From NCBI GenBank assembly GCA_947084965.1, contig CAMTUG010000001.1:345293-409292 (forward strand): a DNA stretch of 64,000 nucleotides, written 5' to 3'. The position numbers were made by a program, and so were the translations under genes. The stretch is from an uncultured Parcubacteria group bacterium. GTDB lineage: Bacteria > Patescibacteriota > Patescibacteriia > UBA9934 > CAMTUG01. This document shows, one piece after another, positions 56,448 through 64,000 of the stretch (within the stretch, counting starts at the first letter, position 1; each line of letters opens with the position of its first letter). The notes beneath the pieces were generated by a model. That model had not been told where the DNA came from and ran no database searches. It saw only the letters and a list, made by a program, of their open reading frames with translations.

Positions 56448-57308
56448 ATGACAAAAGAAGGACATAGACCGCCAGAGTTTTCTGCAGAATTACAAAAGCA
56501 GATTGAGAATCCTGAAGTCCGTGCCGCAGACATAAGTCGTTCATTGCCAGAGATGGACGGCACAAAGATCATCATCCAACGTCATGAACGCTATCAGCGA
56601 TCTGGTGAATCGCTCGGGAGTTTGACGCCTGAGTCAGCGCAGAAGGCATACGATCAGTCACGACAGCTAATCAACGATATGCTTCGGAGCGTTCCAGAGC
56701 AGGAGCGTACAGATGTGCAGTTTCTTGTCGTCGGAAGTAACACCAAGTTTAGAGGAGAGGGAATGCGTAGCATGGAGACTGCTGGTCAGGTTTTGCGGGC
56801 GCTGCACGACGAGTTGTCGGAAGAACATTTGAATGCCTCGCAGATCGAAAATCAGAAATCCGTAAGAAAAGATGTTGCACCAATCACGCGAATGCAAGCC
56901 CCGCGTTTTCTCGACGACTCAAAGGAGTATTTTGATCTGCTTCTTCAAAGATACGGAGATGAAACTCAGGAATTTTGGAAGGCGTTCGAAGAGGATTCTC
57001 ACAAAGAAGAGCGTCTAAGACTTGGTGCAGAAGGACCTGATGAAATGGACCAGCGGTTCACGAATTATCTGAGGGCACTGACCAAATATGCAGAATATTT
57101 TCATAAAACAAATCCCGGCAAGCGTCTGGTGGTTTGGGCCGTGTCTCACTATGATACTGTCAGCCCATTCATTAAGAGGCATATCACAAAATCAGACCCC
57201 CATCAGTACTTGGCGATAGATTATGGAGCCGGAGTCAGTATTGAAGTGGATCCACAGGGTAATCTTACAAGTAGGTTTCAGGGTACTGAGTATCAGGTCG
57301 ATCTATAA
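56448..57308 (+). CDS. Histidine-phosphatase-superfamily-like protein
   Basis: IIIQRHE, LT..S, RSMETA, VWAVSH match the RHG...SH layout. Confidence 0.6.
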   Translation: MTKEGHRPPEFSAELQKQIENPEVRAADISRSLPEMDGTKIIIQRHERYQRSGESLGSLTPESAQKAYDQSRQLINDMLRSVPEQERTDVQFLVVGSNTKFRGEGMRSMETAGQVLRALHDELSEEHLNASQIENQKSVRKDVAPITRMQAPRFLDDSKEYFDLLLQRYGDETQEFWKAFEEDSHKEERLRLGAEGPDEMDQRFTNYLRALTKYAEYFHKTNPGKRLVVWAVSHYDTVSPFIKRHITKSDPHQYLAIDYGAGVSIEVDPQGNLTSRFQGTEYQVDL

Positions 57309-57313
57309 GTTTT

Positions 57314-57832
57314 ATGCCGCAAGTATTTTGTGATGGCCGCGCCATTTATAAAAAAGTCCTAAAAGATTTTATTGTTCATAAAAAAGGTCTTTTTATTGTT
57401 GCTCCATCAGGGACGGGGAAATCTTATTTCGTGAATCATCAGAAAGAGAAAAATTGGGTTGACGGCGACGTCATCTGGAAAGCGGCCGGGGCGATTCCTA
57501 AAGGGGATTGGTGGAAGGAGGGTCTGCAGCGAGTTTTTGAAGTTGATCAGAAGTGTGACGTTGTCACTGCTGAGTGTATGCGCATGGGGTACTGGATACT
57601 GGGAGCGTCTTACTTTTGGTTGGTGCCGGATGCGATTGTTATTCCTGACTTAAAAACACAGAAGCGCTATATACTAGATCGTCAAAAGAATGCTTACGAT
57701 GGTGGAGCTAGGCTTGATGACATGAAGAATGTGCTGAATCATAGGGCCTGGCTTTTAGACCAGGCAAAGCAGCATCGGATCCCCGTATTCAAATCGATCG
57801 ATGCGGCGTGCTACTCTGGCTGGATGACTTGA
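57314..57832 (+). CDS. Small P-loop kinase-like protein
   Basis: FIVAPSGTGKS Walker A, WVDGD. Confidence 0.65.
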   Translation: MPQVFCDGRAIYKKVLKDFIVHKKGLFIVAPSGTGKSYFVNHQKEKNWVDGDVIWKAAGAIPKGDWWKEGLQRVFEVDQKCDVVTAECMRMGYWILGASYFWLVPDAIVIPDLKTQKRYILDRQKNAYDGGARLDDMKNVLNHRAWLLDQAKQHRIPVFKSIDAACYSGWMT

Positions 57833-57865
57833 CCAAGGCCCTTTTGTGGCCTAGGTTATGAGGGT

Positions 57866-58201
57866 ATGACGATCAAGGGGAAGGTCATTCCTGGAGAAGG
57901 AAAGGCCGGCAGATATTATAAAACGCCGACCGCCAATCTTTCTGTTGCGCCCGCGGGACTTGCTAAGGGGGTCTACGCTGGTTTTGCGACTCTTGATGGG
58001 GCGACCTGGCCGAGCGTTATCTGTTGGGGGGAGAAGTTTGAAGCTCATCTCTTCGGTTACGACGGCGATCTGTATGGCAAGGAGGTGACGGTCGAGATCA
58101 AAGAAAAGGTAAGTGACCTGGAGTCATTCAAAGGGGAAGCACAGATGCGCAGGAAGATTGAGAGCGACGTTGCTCGGGCTAAAGCCATTCTCAACGTATA
58201 A
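57866..58201 (+). CDS. Stand-alone riboflavin kinase domain
   Basis: G.VI.G.GK...PTANL, GVY, EAHLF..DLYG; no FAD synthetase domain. Confidence 0.85.
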   Translation: MTIKGKVIPGEGKAGRYYKTPTANLSVAPAGLAKGVYAGFATLDGATWPSVICWGEKFEAHLFGYDGDLYGKEVTVEIKEKVSDLESFKGEAQMRRKIESDVARAKAILNV

Positions 58202-58203
58202 GT

Positions 58204-58785
58204 ATGTACACCGGTATTATTTTGCATCAAGGGACAGTCAAGAACGTGAAGCCCGCAGATGGTGGCGGGCTCCGTCTTCGTATTGATGCGCCAGAAGTGA
58301 TGGATCGGGTTCATGGCGGAAGTTCAGTCAACGTTGAAGGGATCTGTCTCACTGCGACCGAGACCGATGCCAACGGATTTTGGTCAGATGTAATGCCGGA
58401 AACGCTTGCTAAAACGAATATCGGTGGTTGGACTCCAGGTCGCACGGTGAACATTGAACCTTCGCTGCGCGTCGGGGACGAGATGGGGGGTCATATCGTC
58501 TACGGCCATGTTGATGGTACGGTTGAAGTGGTCGATCTAGCGATGGATGGAAATGCAAGAGTTGCCTGGTTTCGCATGTCACCTGAGTTAGCGAAATTCA
58601 TCGTGCCTAAAGGTTCGGTTGCCTTAAATGGAGCGAGCTTGACGGTCGTCGATGTCACTCCCGAATCCTTTACCGTTTCGATGATCCCTGAAACGGTTGC
58701 ACGTACAACCTTTCGTGATGTGCAGATCGGTGATCGCGTAAACGTTGAAGCTGACATGATTCTCCGTTATGGCGAACGCCGTTAA
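58204..58785 (+). CDS. ribE: Riboflavin synthase (alpha chain)
   Basis: MYTGII, GICLT, GGHIVYGHVD, KGSVALNGASLTV, VNVEAD. Confidence 0.93.
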   Translation: MYTGIILHQGTVKNVKPADGGGLRLRIDAPEVMDRVHGGSSVNVEGICLTATETDANGFWSDVMPETLAKTNIGGWTPGRTVNIEPSLRVGDEMGGHIVYGHVDGTVEVVDLAMDGNARVAWFRMSPELAKFIVPKGSVALNGASLTVVDVTPESFTVSMIPETVARTTFRDVQIGDRVNVEADMILRYGERR

Positions 58786-59284
58786 TCCACTCGAACTTGC
58801 GATTGAAAATTGGCTCGACCGGATCGAGCACGGTTCGCATTGCGCCGCTTTTCGTGACGCTTGGTTGCGACTCAATACACTCTCAACCGCTGACTTGGAA
58901 CTCACCCCCCAAGACCTTGGTCCGCACAACACCTCCCTCCTGCTGGCGATCGAGCTGAAGTCGTTCGGTAAGCCGCTTGGGTCGTTTTGCTGCGCCGTAC
59001 GCGACGGGCATCCGACCGAAGATCGTACGATGATGATCTCCGCACCGACCTTTTCTGCTCGTGTTCCAGAAGATTTGCGCCGAGCAACGCTCAGTTGTCT
59101 CTATCGATTGTCTCCACCCAAATCTATTCTTGAAGTCGTTCTTGATGATGATGTTTCCTCGCCGACCTCGACGCTTGAGGTGGCGGGGCGGTATACTGAT
59201 GCGGGGTGGGGACTTGATCCGAAATCAACGGAACTTATTTCGGAAAATCCGCGCCGCTGGGTCTTTCGCTTTACAAAAAATTAG
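58769..59284 (+). CDS. Hypothetical protein
   Basis: 171 aa ORF overlapping ribE, fills the gap in the operon; no motif recognised. Confidence 0.55.
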   Translation: MANAVNPLELAIENWLDRIEHGSHCAAFRDAWLRLNTLSTADLELTPQDLGPHNTSLLLAIELKSFGKPLGSFCCAVRDGHPTEDRTMMISAPTFSARVPEDLRRATLSCLYRLSPPKSILEVVLDDDVSSPTSTLEVAGRYTDAGWGLDPKSTELISENPRRWVFRFTKN

Positions 59285-59294
59285 CCTCACGGAT

Positions 59295-59519
59295 ATGGTG
59301 GAGAATCTTTCGTACGATCGCGAGTTGGTCTGGTCCGAAATTGTGGAACGCGCCCGGGAACAGGCGGTCACCAGCCAAGAAGCATTTCATGAACTGGTCG
59401 ACGACTATTTTATGGAGCGGCTCGAGGTTGGCGAACTTGATGAAGATCAGAACGTGCAGGAACTGGCGGCAGAAATCAAAGGACGCTGGGAGGATTTTAA
59501 GATCGATCTCGGTATCTAG
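59295..59519 (+). CDS. Small acidic helical hypothetical protein
   Basis: MVENLSYDRE... 74 aa, T-ATG start. Confidence 0.65.
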   Translation: MVENLSYDRELVWSEIVERAREQAVTSQEAFHELVDDYFMERLEVGELDEDQNVQELAAEIKGRWEDFKIDLGI

Positions 59520-59528
59520 CCGAAACTT

Positions 59529-59639
59529 GTCGTGACGGCGGAGGTTCGAGCTGACGAGTTCTCTTTTCGCGCGCAGCCCTTATCCTTTCTTCGGGGTCGA
59601 GCACGAAAAGAGTGTCCGCGAGACCGAGTACGGCACGAC
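59529..59639 (+). repeat. Dispersed structured element, copy 2
   Basis: Core matches 43208-43322; different closing stem GTCGTG/CACGAC. Confidence 0.85.
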
Positions 59640-59647
59640 TAAACTTT

Positions 59648-60991
59648 ATGAAATTGTCCTTTCACGGCGCAGCGAAAGAAGTGACCGGATCTTGCATGCT
59701 TCTCGAAACAGCGACCACAAAGCTGCTGATCGACTGTGGCATGTTTCAAGGGGAGCGCGTCTGTGGACGCAAAAATTTCGATGATTTTGAATTTGATCCA
59801 AAACAGATTGACGCCGTTGTTGTCACGCACCCACACTTGGATCATACCGGCCGCTTGCCGCGGTTGATTGATCTTGGCTTCAGCGGGAAGATCTACATGA
59901 CTGAACCGGGTTGTGCGCTCTCCAAGATTGTGATGGAGGATGCCTTTCACGTCATGACCGAGAACGCGGAGCGCTGTCAGGACAAGGTTCTTTACGATCT
60001 TGAGGATTTAAAAAAAACGTTCACCCACTGCCATCCCGTTGGCTACCACGAGGCGTTCGAAGTCGGCGACATGTCGGTCATGTTGCATGAAGCGGGGCAT
60101 GTCCTTGGCTCGGCCTATATCTCTGTTGAGGCGGAAGGAAAGCGCGTCGTGTTTTCTGGAGATATTGGCAATGACAACGTTCCGATTTTAAACGCTACCG
60201 AACCAATTTCTCGGGCGGACGTTGTTGTCTGTGAATCGACGTACGGTGGCCGTGTTCATGAACCGATCGAAACGCGCCGAGTGAAGCTTCGTGAGGTGGT
60301 GGAAAAAACGATCACCCGTGGTGGAGCATTGCTTATACCAGCGTTTTCCATTGAGCGCACGCAGGAATTGTTGTATGAGCTGAACAATATGCTGCCGTCG
60401 TTTTCAAAAGAGATCCCCATTTTTCTCGACAGCCCGCTGGCGATCCGCGCCACGGAACTGTATCGTCACTACAAAACGTACTTACACTTTGATCATCCGA
60501 TCATGGGTGAAAAAGATCGGGATTTCTTTTCGTTTCCGGGATTGCATGAAACACTCGACGTCAAGGATTCAAAGCACATTCACAACGTCGCCAATCCAAA
60601 AATTATTATCGCCGGGAGTGGAATGATGACAGGTGGACGCATTTTGCATCACCTCATCGATGAATTACCGAATCCAAAATCGATGCTGCTGGTGATCGGG
60701 TATGTGGCTCACGGTACCCTTGGGCGCCTGTTGTATGAAGGAGCGAAAAAGGTTCGCATTTTTGGGAAGGAGGTGCAGGTGAAAGCAGATGTTGAAGCGA
60801 TTGGTGCTTTTTCGGCGCATGGCGACATGAACAAGTTAACGACCTGGATACAACCGGTTGATGGCAAGATGCCAAAAGTTTTTCTCGTCCACGGTGACCC
60901 AGAAGCCAAAGAACTTTTTGCTACCCATTTACGCCACCACTTGAAAACAGAGGTGGTGATTCCGGAATATCACGAAGCGTTTACACTTTGA
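59648..60991 (+). CDS. MBL-fold beta-CASP ribonuclease (YSH1-like)
   Basis: DCGMFQG, THPHLDHTG, AGHVLG, SGD, ESTYG, FSAHGD, VHG. Confidence 0.92.
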   Translation: MKLSFHGAAKEVTGSCMLLETATTKLLIDCGMFQGERVCGRKNFDDFEFDPKQIDAVVVTHPHLDHTGRLPRLIDLGFSGKIYMTEPGCALSKIVMEDAFHVMTENAERCQDKVLYDLEDLKKTFTHCHPVGYHEAFEVGDMSVMLHEAGHVLGSAYISVEAEGKRVVFSGDIGNDNVPILNATEPISRADVVVCESTYGGRVHEPIETRRVKLREVVEKTITRGGALLIPAFSIERTQELLYELNNMLPSFSKEIPIFLDSPLAIRATELYRHYKTYLHFDHPIMGEKDRDFFSFPGLHETLDVKDSKHIHNVANPKIIIAGSGMMTGGRILHHLIDELPNPKSMLLVIGYVAHGTLGRLLYEGAKKVRIFGKEVQVKADVEAIGAFSAHGDMNKLTTWIQPVDGKMPKVFLVHGDPEAKELFATHLRHHLKTEVVIPEYHEAFTL

Positions 60992-61581
60992 AACCATAGG
61001 TAAAACGCCTCTGCCGCGCTTCCTTCCACCACAAAGGTTGTATCGGTGACGGCATAAGGAGCAACTTCTGAAACATCAAATGGAGCGGAGCTGATCTGAC
61101 CTATCTGGTCGTTGATGATCGCGCTCACGAGTCCCGTCAAGGGAATGACACTGACGCGCTGCTGCCAATCGTAGTAAACGAACGACATCTGTCCGCCGAT
61201 CGTGGTGGCAGAAACGACCTGCGTCTGTGCTGTTACGGCGCGATCTGGTGCGCGAAGGGTGTCGATGGCGAGCCGTCCTTTTTTAACGGTCAGCTCGATC
61301 TGCTCCTTGGTGAGCGTGGTCAGTTCAATTTCTGTGTCTTCGTAGAGGCCGATGCGTGTACCGTCGATCTCTAACAGCGTGTGTTCACCGCGCCCAGTTG
61401 AGACGATCGCTCCGCGGCGCAGTTCCGTGACGACCCCAGAAGCATCCATCACCGTTGCCCGAAGGTTCGGTGCATAGCCAGCCCCACCAGCAATAGTTAA
61501 TTGTAAGCGCGTGCCAACGAGTAACATCAAGGTGATAACGCCAATGAAACCGATTATGCTATACTGAAATGGTCTACTCAT
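60970..61581 (-). CDS. Membrane-anchored FecR-like beta-domain protein
   Basis: One TM, then G..VSTG.....L...GT.I.L...T.....L....GR pattern; start moved to 61581. Confidence 0.6.
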   Translation of the reverse strand: MSRPFQYSIIGFIGVITLMLLVGTRLQLTIAGGAGYAPNLRATVMDASGVVTELRRGAIVSTGRGEHTLLEIDGTRIGLYEDTEIELTTLTKEQIELTVKKGRLAIDTLRAPDRAVTAQTQVVSATTIGGQMSFVYYDWQQRVSVIPLTGLVSAIINDQIGQISSAPFDVSEVAPYAVTDTTFVVEGSAAEAFYLWFQSVNAS

Positions 61582-61624
61582 AATTTCGAATTTCGTTTTT
61601 CGAATTCGTACTTTCAACAGCATT

Positions 61625-61900
61625 ATGGCTCTGATTGAATTCTACGGCAAGGAGTGCCCGCACTGTGTGCGCATGGCGCCACTCGTTGAACAGCTTAAAA
61701 AAGAAGGGGTGAAGATTGAACAGTTTGAAGTTTGGCATGATGAAAAAAATGCGGCCAAGATGGAAGAATATGATCGCGGCTATTGTGGTGGGGTGCCGTT
61801 TTTTGTGAACACGACCAGCAAAAAGTTTATTTGCGGCGGGGCGGATGAAAAAGACCTCCGCGCTTGGGCAGAGGGCAAGGGTGGCGATGCGATGAAATAG
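61625..61900 (+). CDS. Thioredoxin/glutaredoxin-like protein
   Basis: ECPHC active site, GGVPFF cis-Pro loop. Confidence 0.88.
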   Translation: MALIEFYGKECPHCVRMAPLVEQLKKEGVKIEQFEVWHDEKNAAKMEEYDRGYCGGVPFFVNTTSKKFICGGADEKDLRAWAEGKGGDAMK

Positions 61901-61928
61901 TTAGTACTTAGGTCAGAGCGTGCTCGGT

Positions 61929-62780
61929 CTAGACGAGCCGTTCCACCCAGTGCGGATCGACTTCGACGTTCAGGTCGATGAAGACCTTTTTTTGGAGCAC
62001 GCCTTCCAATTCTTTGCGTGCTGATTGTCCGACTTCGGTCAGGCCGACGCCACCCTTGCCGATAACCATCCCTTTGTACCGCGCTTCGTTCAATAAAATG
62101 CGTGCAGCGATGTAGATCGTCCCCGGTTTTTTCTCAGAAATATCGACCACTTCAACATGAATCGAATACGGCACCTCCTTGCGCAAACGCATGAACAGTT
62201 TTTCGCGGATCAATTCCGCCACCCACACTTCGTGCGGCAAACTAGAAAGCTGACCTTCTGGATAAAACGGTTCACCTTCCGGTAGGACTTCAAAGAGACG
62301 ATCCTTCAGCTGATTGAGGTTGATGTGACGCAGGGCAGAGACTTCGATCACGGTGTCGAAGTTTTTTGCCATATCGCGGTAGGTGTCGATAAATGGCTTT
62401 TCCGTGTAATCGATCTTGTTGATGACCAGGATTTTTGGCGCTGTGGCGTGAGCGATCATCTCAAGCGCCTGGTGTTCTTCGTTGCCGATCGCTCGCGAAG
62501 GATCAACGACATAGACGATCGCATCAACGTCTTTCAAGGATTCTGCAGCAAACGAGATCAACTTTTTTGTCAGGGCATCACGGGAGACTTGCATCACCCC
62601 TGGTGTATCAACGAAAACGATCTGACCGCGTTCTTCACTGATAATTCCGTGAATCGGATAGCGGGTCGTCTGTGGTTTTGGAGTAGTGATCGCTACTTTT
62701 GAGCCAACCAAAGCGTTGAGAAGCGTGGACTTCCCGACGTTGCTGCGACCGATTAATGCGACGAAACCCGATGTAGGCAT
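61929..62780 (-). CDS. era: GTPase Era
   Basis: GRSNVGKSTL, PQTTR, DTPG, NKID, E.IREK..EVPYS, VIGKGG KH domain. Confidence 0.96.
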   Translation of the reverse strand: MPTSGFVALIGRSNVGKSTLLNALVGSKVAITTPKPQTTRYPIHGIISEERGQIVFVDTPGVMQVSRDALTKKLISFAAESLKDVDAIVYVVDPSRAIGNEEHQALEMIAHATAPKILVINKIDYTEKPFIDTYRDMAKNFDTVIEVSALRHINLNQLKDRLFEVLPEGEPFYPEGQLSSLPHEVWVAELIREKLFMRLRKEVPYSIHVEVVDISEKKPGTIYIAARILLNEARYKGMVIGKGGVGLTEVGQSARKELEGVLQKKVFIDLNVEVDPHWVERLV

Positions 62781-63922
62781 ACGACAACTTCGACGTGGGG
62801 GGTGTGAGGAAATAAGTCTAAGGCGATGATCTTTTCGATCGTGTACTCCTTTAAGAAGGCCGGAAGCTCCTCAATCAACTTTTCGTATTTACAGGAGACG
62901 TAGATGATACGCTCGGGAAGCGCTTTTGTCAACGCATCGATCACGTCCGGATGAAGTCCGGCGCGCGGTGGATCAACGATCACGGTGTCCGGCTGATGCA
63001 CCGTCCAGTCGTAATCCTCTGTTTTGGAAGCGACAAAGGGGATTCCGTCCAGGTTATTGAGCTTCGCATTTGCCTTTGCGGCCTCGATCGCCAACGGATC
63101 AATTTCGATGCCCATCGTTTTGATGCCACGTTTTGCAAGGGCCAAGGTAAAAAATCCTGCCCCACAGTACAGATCCATCACCTGTTTGCCGTTTGCTGCG
63201 GCTTCGACAACAACATCCTGGAGCTGGGCGGCCATGAGCGAGTTCGTCTGAAAGAAACTCCCGTGCTCGATCGCGTAGGTGATTCCGTTGATCGATTCCT
63301 TAAAGCTCATGCCCCCTTTGAGCACGGCGATCTGCGAGGATCGCGAGACTTCAGACTTCGTACCGTTGACGCCCCAGAGGATATGCGTTGCCAGCGAATC
63401 GAGCGCTTGGCGAAACTGCTCTTGCTGTTCGACAGATCCTTCGGAGGAGGTAATTAATTCCACGAGACGCTCGCTGGTATTCTTTCCCTCACGCACAACG
63501 AGATAGCGAAAAAACCCTTCCTGCGTTTTGCTATCCCAAAACGGGAGACCGGTTGATCGTGTCCACTCGCGCACGGCGCGCAGAATTTCTGGAGTTTCTG
63601 GCGACAACAAATAACAGGTGGTGATGTCGAGCGTCTCCCACCACCGGCCGACCGCCTTTAATCCGAGCTCGCCGCCACGACCAAAGGCGTAATCCATCCG
63701 ATTGCGGTAGTAAAAAGGATCAGGGCAGGGGATGATTTCAGAAACATGCGCAGAAAGTCCGGCGGCTGCAAATGCATCATCCACGGACTGCCGTTTAAGC
63801 TGAACTTGAAAATCATAGGCAACGTCCTGGCTCGAACAGCCGCCACAGTCTGCGGCAAACGGACAGCGCGCCAAAACGCGCGCTTCGGGCGGGATAAATG
63901 CTGGTTGAGTCGGTTTCGACAT
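62753..63922 (-). CDS. rlmD: 23S rRNA (uracil-5)-methyltransferase RlmD/TrmA family
   Basis: CP...CGGC, YRNR, SFFQTN, DLYCGAG, DPPRAG, YVSC, DLFPHTPHVE. Confidence 0.85.
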   Translation of the reverse strand: MSKPTQPAFIPPEARVLARCPFAADCGGCSSQDVAYDFQVQLKRQSVDDAFAAAGLSAHVSEIIPCPDPFYYRNRMDYAFGRGGELGLKAVGRWWETLDITTCYLLSPETPEILRAVREWTRSTGLPFWDSKTQEGFFRYLVVREGKNTSERLVELITSSEGSVEQQEQFRQALDSLATHILWGVNGTKSEVSRSSQIAVLKGGMSFKESINGITYAIEHGSFFQTNSLMAAQLQDVVVEAAANGKQVMDLYCGAGFFTLALAKRGIKTMGIEIDPLAIEAAKANAKLNNLDGIPFVASKTEDYDWTVHQPDTVIVDPPRAGLHPDVIDALTKALPERIIYVSCKYEKLIEELPAFLKEYTIEKIIALDLFPHTPHVEVVVCLHRVSSH

Positions 63923-63954
63923 AGATTTTCCCTTATGCTACCATAGTTAAACAT

Positions 63955-64000
63955 ATGCTCACGATCGTCATCCCAACAAAGAATGAAGAGGAGTATCTGC
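63955..64000 (+). CDS. Partial (5' end) glycosyltransferase family 2
   Basis: MLTIVIPTKNEEEYL matches the GT2 N-terminal motif; TGcTACCAT promoter upstream. Confidence 0.7.
   Translation, partial: MLTIVIPTKNEEEYL

Overview
Gene-dense chromosomal window, mostly + strand. It looks like a Patescibacteria/CPR-type bacterium; this is inferred from gene content, SD-less starts and TAR-T-ATG gene junctions, not proven. Housekeeping genes include secD/secF, gpmA, uppP, mnmA, lepA, recJ, rnhA, pilM, a type IV pilin, cysS, dnaX, an ABC-2 exporter, tRNA-Gln(CTG), riboflavin kinase and synthase, a beta-CASP nuclease, era and an rlmD-like methyltransferase. The main accessory feature is a ~17.3 kb head-to-tail array of ten paralogous ~560-580 aa Cys-rich proteins (16582-33883). 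It lies directly downstream of a membrane protein and two VirD4/TraG/HerA-like P-loop ATPases. One ATPase carries the same type of CxxC-x17/18-CxxC zinc ribbon that ends the array proteins, and a fused membrane+ATPase homologue occurs at 47328. Other observations: a dispersed ~110 nt structured element in two copies whose closing stems fully covary; further long hairpins with tandem G.A mismatches; a promoter-to-terminator ncRNA candidate; a leader-peptide/terminator attenuator candidate; a parvulin domain inserted in SecD; and two expression grammars (near-leaderless host genes versus GC-rich, SD-led solo genes with their own -35/-10 promoter). Many ORF-track starts were shortened to the more plausible start. 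All product calls come from motif recognition by eye; no database search was run.
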